Shown here one piece after another: positions 1-21,050 of a stretch of 45,668 nt of DNA. The notes beneath the pieces were generated by a model. That model ran no database searches and was not told the DNA's origin. It worked only from the letters and a program-made list of their open reading frames with translations. The first letter of the stretch is position 1, and each line of letters begins with the position of its first letter. This DNA comes from Reclinomonas americana ATCC 50394 (lineage: Eukaryota). The stretch is taken from the NCBI GenBank assembly GCA_048213135.1, contig PS015138.1:32246-77913 (forward strand), given 5' to 3'. The translations under genes were made by a program, and so were the position numbers.

Positions 1-1011
1 GAGAGACGAGAGAGACAGGAGAGAGAGAGAGAAGACAGAGAGAGAGGGAACGGAGAGAGAGAGAGAGAAACAAGAGGAGGATGAGCGAGATGAGCAGTAA
101 GGTACAGGGACAGAAAGCAAGAAGGAGAACTGGAGGAGAAAGGATCAAGGGCAGAAAGTAAGAGGGGAATGGCACGAGTGAGCGAGCGAGAGACAACAAC
201 GCAGTGCCATGGAGCGTGCAGGGAAGCAAGAAGCGAGTCAAAGGGAAAAGCGACTCAGAAGAGAGCGTAAGAAGAGAAAATGGAGCGCCCTCCTCTACTC
301 TCCTGTCACTCGCAGCTCATGCACTTTTGGAGGAAGAAGGAGAAGGCAAGTGAGTGTGAAAAGAGACAGTCACGCAAAGGATAGTACAGAGCAAACAGCG
401 ATTTAGAGGAGCTTGCAAGGAGTGAAAGAACAGAAAAGCTCTGCTCTCGTGCCCTGCATGCAGCTATGAGAGTTGAAGGAGTGCAGAAAAGAGGAGATAC
501 GAAACAAGAAGTGCAAGAGAGAGACGATGAGTGAACGATAGCGACTCAGAATTAGGAGAGAGCAAGGGAGAGAGAGTGCATGCTCTTCCGTGCCTTGCAG
601 CTCGCGAACAAAGGAGGAGTAAATCGCAGACGTGAGTGACGAGGAACGGGTGAGCAAAGGAGGCGACTCAGAAGAGCAAAAAGAGAAAGAGAGCGCACTG
701 CATTCCTCCTCTACTCTCCCGTGCTTTGCAGGTGCTGAGAAGAGGAGAAGAGGCAAGATTTGCAAGGGAGTGGAGAAGGTGAGCTTAAAGGTACTGCGAA
801 AGGAGTCTTCCTCTGCTTCTGAAGAATGCAGCGAAAAAGAGAGAAAAGACACGCGAAGGAGATGAGCAGAAGGCAAGAGAGGAACACAGCAGAGTGTGAG
901 GGAGAGACAGAGCGCACAGAGAGAGGACAGCACAGTCACGAGAAAGAGAGAAGAAGGTAAGTAAATCACTCTCGGAACAATCACAGTCTCACACACACAC
1001 ATGCACTCATT

Positions 1012-1071
<60 letters not shown>

Positions 1072-1380
1072 CGTACTACGTACTATACTACGTTACGTCT
1101 AACGTAGTACTACGTACGTACGTANNNNNNNNNNNNNNNNNNNNNNNNNNNNNNNNNNNNNNNNNNNNNNNNNNNNNNNNNNNNNNNNNNNNNNNNNNNN
1201 NNNNNNNNNNNNNNNNNNNNNNNNNNNNNNNNNNNNNNNNNNNNNNNNNNNNNNNNNNNNNNNNNNNNNNNNNNNNNNNNNNNAGAGAGAGACGACACGA
1301 CGACGAGAAGAAGAAGAAGAAGTAAGTAAGTAACGTACTACTACGTACGAACTACTACACTACTACACACACACACACTA

Positions 1381-1456
<76 letters not shown>

Positions 1457-1927
1457 ACACACACATGCACTCTCACACAAGCGGACAACCTCTCACAGAT
1501 ATCTCATTCTCTCTCACACACACAATGACGCACACTTCTCTCCCGCGCACACGCACACACACGTCTCTCTCTCTCTCTCTCTCTCTCTCATGTGCACTCA
1601 ACTTGACATGATCATGCATGCACACACTTACAATGACTGGCGACATGTCTCACTCACACAGACACACACACACACACTCAATACTCTCTCTTTCCTCTCC
1701 TCCCCTTCTCTCTCTCCTCTCCCCCCTCCACTCACCTTCTCTTTCTCTCTCACGCACTCACAAACAAGAAAAATGCAATACAAAAAGCTAATAATAGCCG
1801 TCATTTACTTGACTTGGTTTTCGATGTCGCCCAGCGAGAGATGGAGATTGAAGGAGAGTCGGAAGGGATGCATAGAGAGAAAGAGAGAGACTTGGTTTGC
1901 TGGGGCGTGCGCGTGCGCATCGCTTAC

Positions 1928-10444
<8,517 letters not shown>

Positions 10445-11189
10445 TCTCGAGCGAGATGAAAGTGTGTGGTAAGTGAGTGAGTCGATTGGTGCAATGGATG
10501 AGTGAACAACTTCAAGTGCAAGATGATCGCGTTCTTCCTTGATGGTGAGGTGAGAGCGCACACTGTGAGACACCGCCCTCCCTCGCAGACACAGTGCGCA
10601 GATCACGCAAGAGAAGAGAACGACAAGCAATTTGCATGCAAAATGCGTTTCTGTCATGAGAAACGGCTTTGATTGTGAGTCGCTTCATGCCATCCAGCTT
10701 ATCCTTGATGCTCGACGAGTCCAACAGTCGCCGACACTGGTCGGTCTTGGCCGCATTTTGCGTGAAAAAGTCTCCCGAGGCCGACGCACTTCCTCCTCCT
10801 CCGCGCGAGCCACTCGGAGAGGAGGCGGAGGAGGGTGAACCGAGACTGGAGGTGGGAGAGGCGAGGGGAGGAGGTGAGGCCATTCTCGAGCGAGGTGAAA
10901 GTGTGTGTAGAAGTGAGTGAGTCGATTGGTGCAATGGATGAGTGAACAGCTTCAAGTGCATGATGATGATGATCGCGTTCTTCCTTGATGGTGAGGTGAG
11001 AGTGCATACTGTGAGACACCGCCCTCCCTCGCAGACACAGTGCACAGATCACGCAAGAGCAGAGAAAGTCAAGCAATTTGCATGCAAAATGCGTTTTGGT
11101 CAGTGACAAACTGCACACCTGGCACAACAACATCGTACTTCTGACAATTAAAGCACATCTGCCATGAGAATGGAACCAACATACCGACT

Positions 11190-12284
11190 TCACAAACTGA
11201 GACCACCATCCGCGAAACATCTATGAACAACAACCTCCGCCTCCTCGACCAAGAAACACCGCAGCACAATCTCCACCAGGCAGCGTGGATCCTCTTCCTC
11301 CTCTTCTGCATCTTCCTCGTCCAGCATCTCTTGCACGATGAGCATCGCCGACCGAGCTTCAGCAAGCTCCTGCCGAGCCATTCCGCCAGGCGTGGACCAC
11401 ACCCGCACCACGCCATCATAGCTGCCGCTCACAATCCGCTGTCCATCGGGAGCCACGGCGACAGCAAGCACCGCATCCTCATGTCCCTCCAGTCGCCACA
11501 CCTCCTCACCACTTACCAGCGACCACACACGAACCGTGTTGTCACCGCTCCCGCTCACTACGTGCCGCCCGTCCGGCGTAACGGCGACGGACATGACCGG
11601 GAACCTGTGTCCCTCGAACCGTCGCACCACCTCTCCACTCGCCAGTGCCCACAGTTGCACACGTGAAGCTTCGCCGCCACTCACAATGTGCTGACCATCG
11701 AGCGTGACGGCCACACACCGCGCCGCCAACGTGCGCGTGTCCAATCGAAGCACCTCTCGCACCCACGCAACAGACCACACACGCACCGTCCTGTCCCCGA
11801 CCCCAAGCACGAGGTGCTGACTGTCGGGGGTGAAGTCGATGCACTGCACCGCGTCGATGAAGCCGGTCAACATCCGCACCAAGCTTCCGCTCGCGGCCGA
11901 CCACAGACGCACTATCTTGTCACGACCCCCGCTCACAATGAGCTCACCACTGGGTGAGACGGCGACAGCAAGTACCCAGTGCGCAGATCCCTTCAGCTGT
12001 CGCACTTCCTCTCCACTCGCCAGTGACCAAATGCGCACCGTCTTGTCACTGCTCCCACTCACCACGTGGCGGCCATCCGGTGTGACTGCGACACACCACA
12101 CGGAGTTTGTGTGTCCCTCCAGCCGGCGCACCTCTTCGCCACTTGCCAGCGACCACACACGGATGGTCATATCGAGACCTCCGCTCACAAGGTGTTGCGC
12201 GTCGGGAGTGACAACAACAGAGGTCACCCAAGACTTGTGCCCACGCAGGCATGTGCATGGGAGGGAGGGCGGGGAGGAGGTCAT
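11190..12284 (-). CDS. Intronless WD40 protein (7 repeats of about 42 aa) with conserved C-terminal tail, paralogue C
   Basis: 364-aa ORF. Repeats of GHx3VxxVAVTPDGxHxVSGSxDxTVRVWSLASGEEVRRLE. Tail GMARQELAEARSAMLIVQEML(acidic)PRCLVEIVLRCFLVEEAEVVV. Confidence 0.93.
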   Translation of the reverse strand: MTSSPPSLPCTCLRGHKSWVTSVVVTPDAQHLVSGGLDMTIRVWSLASGEEVRRLEGHTNSVWCVAVTPDGRHVVSGSSDKTVRIWSLASGEEVRQLKGSAHWVLAVAVSPSGELIVSGGRDKIVRLWSAASGSLVRMLTGFIDAVQCIDFTPDSQHLVLGVGDRTVRVWSVAWVREVLRLDTRTLAARCVAVTLDGQHIVSGGEASRVQLWALASGEVVRRFEGHRFPVMSVAVTPDGRHVVSGSGDNTVRVWSLVSGEEVWRLEGHEDAVLAVAVAPDGQRIVSGSYDGVVRVWSTPGGMARQELAEARSAMLIVQEMLDEEDAEEEEEDPRCLVEIVLRCFLVEEAEVVVHRCFADGGLSL

Positions 12285-12475
12285 GGGGTGCGCGCAAGAA
12301 GGGACCAGGAAGGAGGATGTCCGGAGGGACAGGCCGTGGGCGAAGCCACTTCCACGTTTCGAAGGCTTTCAATCACCAAGCACAGTTCACTTGTTGCAGG
12401 CAGGCAGGTAGCACAAGCATCACAAGGTGTCACGCAAGAGAGAGAAGAACGAGAGACGAAATAAGCACAACAACT

Positions 12476-13543
12476 TCACAAACTGAAACCGCCATCTGTG
12501 AGACTTCTATCAACTACGACCTCCGCCTCCTCGACCAAGAAACAGCGCAGCACAATCTCGATCAGACACCTCTCCCCCTCCAACTCCAGCATCTCTTGCA
12601 CGATGTGCATGGCGGAGCGCGCGATGAGGAGCTCACATCGAGCGAGGCCGCATCGCGTGGTCCACACTCGCACGGTGTGGTCTTCACCACCACACACGAT
12701 ATGCTGACCATCGTGAGCGACGGCGATCGACAACATTGTGCATTCGCGATCCTCCAGTCGTCGCACCTCGGCTCCGCTGGCCATGGACCACACGCGCACT
12801 GTCTTGTCCCAGCCTGCGCTCACGCTGTGCAGACCGTCGGAGGTGACAGCGACAGACGACACCCACGACATGTGGCCGTCGAACCATCGCACCTGATCAC
12901 CGAGCGTCGGCGACCACACTTGCACTGTGTAGGCAAGATCCCCGCTCACAATGTGCTGGCCATCTGGGGTGACGGCGACCGACGACACGGGCTGAACGTC
13001 TCCCTTTACACGCCGTACTTCGTCACCACTTGCCAGCGACCACATTCGCACCGTGGCGTCCCCACTGCCACTCACCACGTGCCGACCGTCGGGAGTGACG
13101 GCGACAGAGAACACTGCGTTTGTGTGCCCGTCCATCCGACGCTCTTCATCTCCATTGGCCAGCGACCACACTCGCACAGTGCAGTCTCTGCTGCCACTCA
13201 CAATGTGTTGACCATCGGGAGTGACAGCGACAGCCATCACCTCGCGTGTGTGTCCTCCCAGTCGCCGTTCTTCCTTGCCACTCGCCAGTGACCACACTCG
13301 CACTGTCAAGTCGCTGCTGCCACTCACGACATGCTCACCGTTGTGGGTCACGGCGACAGATGTCACCTCTTTCGCGTGCCCCACCAACCGCCGCACTTCC
13401 TTGCCACTCACGAGTCCCCACACGCGCACAGTGTTGTCACGGCTGCCGCTCACAATGTGCTCACCATCGCGGGTGATAGTGACACACAACACTGCTCCAC
13501 TGTGCCCGCGCATGCTTTTGCTGCAGAGGGAGGAGGAAGCCAT
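12476..13543 (-). CDS. Intronless WD40 protein (7 repeats) with conserved C-terminal tail, paralogue B
   Basis: Part of ORF 12476..13684. Start placed at ATG 13543 (MASSSLCSKSMRGH) by analogy with the paralogues. Tail GLARCELLIARSAMHIVQEMLELEGERCLIEIVLRCFLVEEAEVVV. Confidence 0.92.
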   Translation of the reverse strand: MASSSLCSKSMRGHSGAVLCVTITRDGEHIVSGSRDNTVRVWGLVSGKEVRRLVGHAKEVTSVAVTHNGEHVVSGSSDLTVRVWSLASGKEERRLGGHTREVMAVAVTPDGQHIVSGSRDCTVRVWSLANGDEERRMDGHTNAVFSVAVTPDGRHVVSGSGDATVRMWSLASGDEVRRVKGDVQPVSSVAVTPDGQHIVSGDLAYTVQVWSPTLGDQVRWFDGHMSWVSSVAVTSDGLHSVSAGWDKTVRVWSMASGAEVRRLEDRECTMLSIAVAHDGQHIVCGGEDHTVRVWTTRCGLARCELLIARSAMHIVQEMLELEGERCLIEIVLRCFLVEEAEVVVDRSLTDGGFSL

Positions 13544-13756
13544 GGCGTGCGGTGATACGAATAGAAGGGTCGCGCAGGACTCGACGTCTCGTGCCACGTC
13601 GCTCGGAGACTGGATGTGGCAAGACTGTGGCCTTTGCGCTTCCCATTCACGAACGATGTACATTTGCATTCCACCTGCTGACACCTAGAAAAAAACCAAG
13701 AAGGAACTGGAAGGCTAGGCGCTGCGATTTGAGAGAGCGAGCAAACCAGAAATGCT

Positions 13757-14839
13757 TCACAGACGCAGGCTGCCGCATCGAAAGAGGACAGCCTCCGCAT
13801 CCTCTACAATGAAGCAACGCAGCACGATCGCAACCAGGCAGCGCGGATCCGCCTCCTCTCTTTCTTCTTCCTCTTGCTGCAACTCCTGCACGATGCGCAT
13901 CGCCGAGCGCGCACAACTGAGTTCCCCGCGCGCGAGGCCGCATTGCGTGGACCACACACGCACAGTGCCGTCGTTGTTGCCACTCGCCATGTGCTGCCCG
14001 TCGGGACTGACAGCGACAGTGCGCACAGATCCCGCATACCCCTCCAACCGTTGCACCTCCGCGCCACTCGCCAGTGACCACACGCGCACGGTCTCATCCC
14101 GACTCCCGCTCACGACGTGCTGGCTCGCGGGAGTGATGGCGACACAATACACCCCATCGGTGTGTCCCTCCAACCGTCGCACTTCCTTACCACTCAAACG
14201 GGACCACACGCGCACTGTGTTGTCGGTACTCACGCTCACAACATGACGATTGTCGGGAGTGACGGCGACTGAAGATACTTGACTTGTGTGTCCCTCCAAC
14301 CGTTGTACCTCCTCACCACTTTCCAGTGACCACACTCGCACTGTGTTGTCAGCACTTCCACTCACGACGTGCTGACTATCACGCGTGACAGCGACGCACA
14401 TAACCCCATCTGTGTGACCCATCAACCGAAGCACCTCCTCGCCCGTTGCCAGTGACCACACGCGCACTGTTGAGTCAGCACGCGCACTGACAATGTGCTC
14501 ACCATTGGGAGAAATGGCGACACAATACACCGAATACTTGCGCCCCTTCAACAGGCGCACTTGATCCCCACTCGCCAGTGACCACACTCGCACAGTCCCG
14601 TCGTAGCTTCCACTCGCCACGTGGACGCCGTCAGAGGCGACGGCAACAGAGGACACTGGTCCAGTTTGTCCCTCCAACCGTCGTACCTCCTCGCCAGTCT
14701 GCAGTGACCACACGCGCACGGTGTTGTCCCAGCTGCCACTCACCACATGCTGAGTGTCGGGGGTGATGGCCACAGATGTAACCCATCCGGTGTGCCCTAG
14801 CAGGCGCATGCTAGGGAGAAAGAGAGGGGCAGAGTCCAT
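13757..14839 (-). CDS. Intronless WD40 protein (7 repeats) with conserved C-terminal tail, paralogue A
   Basis: 360-aa ORF with the same repeat consensus. Tail GLARGELSCARSAMRIVQELQQ(acidic)PRCLVAIVLRCFIVEDAEAV. Confidence 0.93.
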   Translation of the reverse strand: MDSAPLFLPSMRLLGHTGWVTSVAITPDTQHVVSGSWDNTVRVWSLQTGEEVRRLEGQTGPVSSVAVASDGVHVASGSYDGTVRVWSLASGDQVRLLKGRKYSVYCVAISPNGEHIVSARADSTVRVWSLATGEEVLRLMGHTDGVMCVAVTRDSQHVVSGSADNTVRVWSLESGEEVQRLEGHTSQVSSVAVTPDNRHVVSVSTDNTVRVWSRLSGKEVRRLEGHTDGVYCVAITPASQHVVSGSRDETVRVWSLASGAEVQRLEGYAGSVRTVAVSPDGQHMASGNNDGTVRVWSTQCGLARGELSCARSAMRIVQELQQEEEEREEADPRCLVAIVLRCFIVEDAEAVLFRCGSLRL

Positions 14840-14968
14840 GGTGTGTGCGTGAGAGAGTGACTAGACGGAAAAAAGGATGCAGGACGAGGACTCCAAATGC
14901 TGGCCACTGAGTATGAAGTCTCTCACTTGTAAACGATGCCACTGCCCTCCTTCCTTCATTCACCCTGC

Positions 14969-17900
14969 TCACCTCCCACCCGCCTTCCGGCCCCGCATCG
15001 CCATGGCCGACACCTTGGCCCTTGCCGACGGCGGCGTCTCCCTCATCTTGGCCTGATGCGCTGCCTCCAACGGCGACAGCCCGGCATTCACCAACGGACG
15101 ACTCTCCTGTCGCCACAACGTACCGCGTGAGGAGGAGCCGCCGCGTTGCATGCGTGGGCTGTCATCCGCGCCGTTGGGCGTGGCGACGGCGGCCTCATGC
15201 GCTGCTGCATTCGCATCATGGCTCTTCTCCTCCTCCTCCTCCTCATGCCCTGCTCTCTGCGTCGGTGACTCTGCATGCCCGTTGCTCCTCGACAGCGGCT
15301 CCACGGGCGGCGTCGGCTCGTCTTCCTCCTCCTCGGCGACAGCTTGCGACGTCCGCCGCTGCGCAAGAACAAACTGTCGAAACTGCGACAGCATCTGCTC
15401 CTGCTCTGCGGTCACCTCGGAGTCTGGTTGTGGTGCCGCTGCTGCTGCTGCTGGAGGGGGTGGCGGTGGCACTTGCGCAGGCGGAGGAGTCTTACCACCC
15501 ACGGCAGGTTTCCCCGTTTGCCGCCGCCCTCGTTGCTGTTGTGGTTGTTGCGGCTGCTGCTTCTGCGGTTGCCGCTGCCTTCTGGCCGGTGGTTGCGGCT
15601 CGGCCGATGGCCGTTGCCGCGGCACGGAGGACGTGCGTACCGATGGGGAGCGCGACGGGCGTTGCCGGGCAGGCGAGTGACTCACGGCACGACCGCGCCG
15701 ACCACGAGCTGGCGACGGGGCCAGCAGGTTGCGCACGACCGGTTCCGGCGAGCGAGCCGTGCCGCGTGACGATACTGATCCGTTGCGACTGTCGCGTGGC
15801 GGTGAGCGACGGCGTGGAGTCGACGCGCTGTGAGTGGTGCGTGGCGAGGTGACAGTGAGGGTGGCGCGGGGTGAGCGGGCCGGTCGCGCGGTGGCCGGTA
15901 CTTGCTTCTTCATCGCCGCGAATACGCTGACGAGGTTGGTGCCGGTGGTGGCGAAGGAGGGGATGCTGGGGGCGGATCTGCGAGAGAGGAAAAAGGGGTA
16001 AGGGAAAGGGGAAGGAAGAAAAGGGGAAGGAAGAAAAGGGGAAGGAAGAAAAGGGGGAAGGAAGAAAAAGGGGAAGGAAAGGGGAAGGAAAAGGGGAAGG
16101 AAAAGGGGGAAGAAACAGGGGGAAGGGGAAGGGGGGAGGAGAAGGGCAAGGAGAGGTGAGGAGGGGGAGGAGGGGGACAGGGGAGACAAGGCAACAAGAA
16201 CAGGGAAAGGAACGGAGAAGAAAAGGGAAGGAAAATGACGACGAGGTGGCCAAGGAATAGAAAAGAAAGAGGGGATAGAATGAGAGAGGATGGGGCCCAG
16301 GAAGAAAACAAGAGAAGGCCGGAAGAAATGAGAGGAAACGCAGAGCACGGAAGAGCGAGAGGAAAGATGAGGACAAGCGGGAAGCAACGCGCAAGGAAAG
16401 TGAAAGGGAACCAGGGAAGGAAACAAGCGGAAAGAGAAGGGAGAAAGAACGGGGGAAAGAGCGAAAGAGAAAGGCAAGCAGACCAAAAAGGGGAGAACGG
16501 AGGGGCAAGTACGGAGACTAGACGAGAAGAGAGGTCGCAGCACAGGAAGAATGCGAATGGAAATGGAGAAGCGAGGAAGAGAGGAAGGAAAATTGACGAC
16601 GAGGCGAATGACAGAGGTTAGGGAATGAGAAAGGATCAGGACGGGTGCAGGAAGATAGAGAGAAGGTAAAAGGAACAAGAGAAGGCAATAAAACCGGGGA
16701 AGGGACGGAAAGAGACGAGACAAGGAAAAGAGGTGGAAAAAACGAGTGTGGTCTGTTGCACGCACCTCGACAGCATAAGCGGTGGCACTGCCTTGGCCGC
16801 CACACTCTGTGACGACGCAGGTGCGCGTCGCACTGGTTTCCGTCCCAGCGGTGGTGCTGGTGGTGGATCGGGTACGCGCGAGCTCGGCACGTAGTCCATG
16901 GCCGTGCGAGGAAGCGTTAGCTTCTTGCGCTGCGAAGCATCGTCAGCAATCACAGGGTTTGCGACAGGAGCGGACGGTGAAGTACCTTTCTTGCCGTCGT
17001 CGACGAAGGTGGTGGTGGGTGTGACTCCTTGGCCTCCGCGGCCGACAGCATGGTTTGTCGCAGATCGCGAATGAGGTGCGATGCAGCCTGCCGAAAATTG
17101 GGCCTGGTGACGAGCAATGTGAGTACACGCCCATCTCAATATCAAGAAGCCTCCCACTGTCACGTACCCCGTGTCCTCCAGCACCGAGTTTGTCAGCAGC
17201 GGCGTACGCACCGACCGCGACCCGCGAATTGATGAACGGCGTGGCGGAGGCGAACCTGGTGATGGCGACGCCACACCATTCCCGGCCGCCGCGGTTGCCA
17301 TGGTGGTGGTGGTGGCCGCGGGATTGGAGCCAGTGAATCGACGAGCGGCAATGGGTCGCGGGGCGCCATTCAAGTACTATGGAGAGAGGAAGTGAGACGC
17401 AGCGCAAAAGGCAGAAAGACATTATCTCCATAACACCTCTGGTGTAGTCCCCGGCAACACCTTGTGCACGGTGGGTGGTGGTGAGCTGCCGCGCATGGAG
17501 CGCATTGCTGAACCCGACCGCATCGGTTGTGGCGAGTCCACTGTCGGTGGTGGAAGCGGCGGGCCGCCAACCACGCTGCCGCTGTTCGCGGTGCCGGGTC
17601 GCTGGCTGCGGGGTGAGGAGGCGCGGCTGGTGTGCGAGCTTTGCGTGCTGCTCGGCCGGCTTCCTCGGGTTGGTGGTCGTACGGCGCCGCGGCCAGGTGA
17701 TACAGTGTAGCGGGACATTGGGGGGCGAGTTGGTTGCTGTAGATGAGAAAGGGGGTGAGAAGGGGAGAAGGGGAGAAGGGGAGAAGGGGAGAAGGGGAAG
17801 GGGGAGGGGGAAGGAAGAAGGGGGGAGGGAGAAGGGGAAAGGGAAGGGGAAGGAATACGGGGAGGGCAAAGTGAGGGGAAGGGCACGAACAAAAGAAAAA

Positions 17901-20900
17901 AGTACAAGAAGCAGAAGAATCGAAGAAAAGATCCTTACGGGAAGGGTGAAGCTGGGACGCTGGCGAGAGAGAGGGAGAGAAACACACAATGGGAGCGTGC
18001 ATCGGAAGCAGGGGCATGAAGTGAATGGCACCAGCGAGTGTGATCATCAGTGGCAAAACAAGATAATGAGTGGATCATGAGAAGAGAAACGGCAAAGGAG
18101 AACACGGCAGGAGCACGACAAAGAGGCACGGGCAACAGTGAACATGGAACGTATGGAGAAGGGAGGTGAGGCAAGAAAGCGCGCAGATGGGGTGAGCGGC
18201 AGCGAGAGGGAGAGGTGGATTCCACGCTCACCTTTTTCTTGTCGGCGTGTTCGCGGATTCGCTCGATTGCCGTGGAGATGTCCTGAATGCGCTCGATGAT
18301 GGAGGCTGCGAGCGAAGGAACAGGAGGGAAATAGTGAGAGAGGGCGAGTAAAGGACAGAGAGAGGCGTGAGAACGAGTGAGCTAGGTGCGGGTGGACTCA
18401 ACATCATGGATGGATACAAGGCAGCGCATTTAACTGACTCTTCCGCCTCTCTCACGCACGCACGCACGCACTCAGATGCACACACAAACGCGCAAATTCG
18501 GATGCACATGCAGACAGCCAGAAACAACGCACACGCTTCCTTCTCTATCTCTTCTCTGTCATTCTCTCTCACTCACACAACTCGCTGTCTTGCATGCAGC
18601 CAGGAATAACGCAGAAAATCAACCATCCTATCATCCTCTCTCTCTCTCACTCACTCACTCTCGCTATCTCGGATGACTACGAATGCAGCCAGTGCCCACA
18701 CGTCGTACGCCTTCTCCCTCACCCTTCCCCTTCTCCCACACTCACATGCATCCTCCTCATCGCGCAACAACACGGGAGGCGGCGTCGGCGCTCTTTTCTT
18801 CCGCCCTGCCCCCTCCTCATCGCCGCCGCTACTGCTGTCACTGCTGCTCTCCGAATCGCTGTCCTCCGCCACCACCGCAGCCGCCGTCTCCTCCTTCGCC
18901 TTCTCCTCCGCCGCAGCCGCCGTCGCCGGTCTCGCCTTGCACGCTTCAATGTGACGCTGCAGGCGATCGCAGGTGCGCAGCGCGGCGTCCGTGTGATTGG
19001 TGGACACTTGCAGGAAGGCCAGCAGTTTGAGACAGAGCGAGGTGGTCAGGTCGACCAGCTCGCCTGGCACCGCGAAACCGTCCCACCCGATGCGTGCTTC
19101 GCCTGCCGTTCCACTGTCGGGCCAGTGGATGGATTTGAGCAATGTGATGCTCGTGCGGGCGACATCCAGGGCTTGGGATGCTCTGCAAAATAAGGAGAAT
19201 GAGCAAAGAGGGTAACAAGGGAGACTCGGTGGTAAAAGCGCGCAACTTGTGCTTGTGAAAGAGCACCACGGCCGTGTTGTGCAGGCATGCGGCTTGCAGG
19301 AGCATGCACAGACGGCGGGTGGGCGGAGTGGGTTTGGGCAGGAGCGACTTGGGGGGAGGGTTGTCGCCCACGTCCTCCAGGGCGTGCGCGCATTCTTGCA
19401 GGCTGTAGCGGCTGGCGTTGAGGCGGCGGATGCTGCGAATGGGGGGAAGGGTAATGAGGGGAAGGGTGATGAGGGGAAGAGAAATGAGGGGAAAGGAATG
19501 AGGAGAAGGGTACCTAGGGGTGAAGGAGGGTGAGGGGCAGGAGGAGAATGGTGATGAGGGGAAGGAGAAGACGGGTGAGTGGAAGGAGAGGAAGGGAGAG
19601 TGGAAGGGGAAGAGTGAGGATCACAGTGACGGGAGACAGAGCAAGAGATGAGGAGAAGGAGGACAATGGAGAGGGAAGTGAAGCAAGAGAGAGATTGGGG
19701 ACGAAGGGGGAGAAAAGGAGAAGAGAAGGACGAGGAGAGCACGAAGGAGGGGAGAGATGAGGAGATGGAAGACAGTGGAGAGGGAAGTGCAGCAGGAGAG
19801 AGATTGGGGACGAAAGGGGAGAAAAGGAGAAGAGAAGTACGAGATGAGGGATGGAAGACAATGGAGAGGGAAGTGAAGCAAGAGAGAGATTGGGGACGAA
19901 GGGGGAGAAAAGGAGATGAGAAGTACGAGGAGAGCACGAAGGAGGGGAGAGATGAGGAGAAAGAGGACAATGGAGNNNNNNNNNNNNNNNNNNNNNNNNN
20001 NNNNNNNNNNNNNNNNNNNNNNNNNNNNNNNNNNNNNNNNNNNNNNNNNNNNNNNNNNNNNNNNNNNNNNNNNNNNNNNNNNNNNNNNNNNNNNNNNNNN
20101 NNNNNNNNNNNNNNNNNNNNNNNNNNNNNNNNNNNNATTGGGGACGAAGGAGGAGAATGGAGAAGAGAAGTACGAGGAGAGCACGAAACACAAGACGGAT
20201 AGTGAAAGAATATGAGACTCGTGTCACGAACAGTGGAGCAGACAGAGTGGACACGAAAGACAACGGAGTAGGGCGAACATTAAAAAGAGCAAAGATCGAT
20301 GGCAAGAGAGTCGCTACAAAAAGTAAAGAGCATTGTCTCCCACCGCGAAGAGAGTTTCAGAACACGCTCCTTTCTTCCTGTTATCCCTTTTCTTCCTATC
20401 TTGCTATCTCTGTCTCAGTAAATTTGTGCATCTCACTCCTTCCCTTCACCCTCTCCTCACAGCATCCTCGTCTCCTTCCCTACTTCTCTCTCGATACCTC
20501 TGCGCGTACGTACAATTACGCCTCACCAAGTAAAACGAACCTCTTCTCCCTTTCCCCAACATCACTCCCTCCCCTCCCCTTCCCCCTCCCCCATCCACTC
20601 ACATGAAAAAATGCCTCGCCCTCAACGCCGCCAACAACGCCTTCCAAATCCCCGCGTGCGGAATCGGATGCGGTGGAAACGCCGCCTGCCGTCGCATGTG
20701 CGTGGGTGCACTGCGCGGATTCAGCCACGATTCCATGCGCATCAGCAGCTCCATGATCACGTCCGACAGCTCCTCGTCGGGCTCGGCGGAGCCACTGGCC
20801 GTGGGCGAGATGAGCAGGAGCAGGTCGCGGGCCAGGGCCCAGGTGGCGGCCAGCAGCAGATCGCACAGGGGGGAGGCCTTGTGCGGGCCCCACGCTGCCG

Positions 20901-21050
20901 TGACCATTTGTACGGCCATGGTGAGCTTGTCGACGGCGTTGATGTAGCGGGCCTGTGCGCGGAGTTTGACGGCTTCCTCCATGAGGTCGACAGAGTCGAG
21001 GACCACTTGGTAGCTGACGGGGTCGTAGGTGTCGGCGTCGAGGCAGGACC
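14969..21050 (-). CDS. Hypothetical multi-exon protein: helical (possibly TPR-like) N-terminal half, long Pro/Ser/Arg-rich disordered C-terminal half
   Basis: Phase-compatible exons at 21050-20603, 19432-19247, 19182-18746, 18305-18232 and 17736-17437. Further exons lie within about 17376-16766 and 15977-14969. These are GC-rich coding-like blocks bounded by GT/AG and separated by purine/pyrimidine-skewed introns. A first exon near 21215-21173 is possible but uncertain. No family recognised. Confidence 0.7.
19640..20185. repeat. Purine-rich intronic tandem repeat (about 110-120 bp units), interrupted by an N gap
   Basis: GGAGAGGGAAGTG(A/C)AGCA(A/G)GAGAGAGATTGGGGACGAA recurs at about 19668, 19777 and 19863, and partly at 20138. 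Confidence 0.8.

Noticed and set aside
1-1002. 199-aa minus-strand ORF and degenerate purine-rich repeats
   Set aside because: Leu/Ser/Phe-rich translation of a pyrimidine-skewed region, probably an AP3B intron, with no adaptin similarity evident.
14840-14975. Possible splice fusion of the upstream hypothetical gene to WD40 paralogue A via the GTGAGC donor near 14972
   Set aside because: The acceptors I checked lead to a stop or are out of frame with the WD40 ATG.
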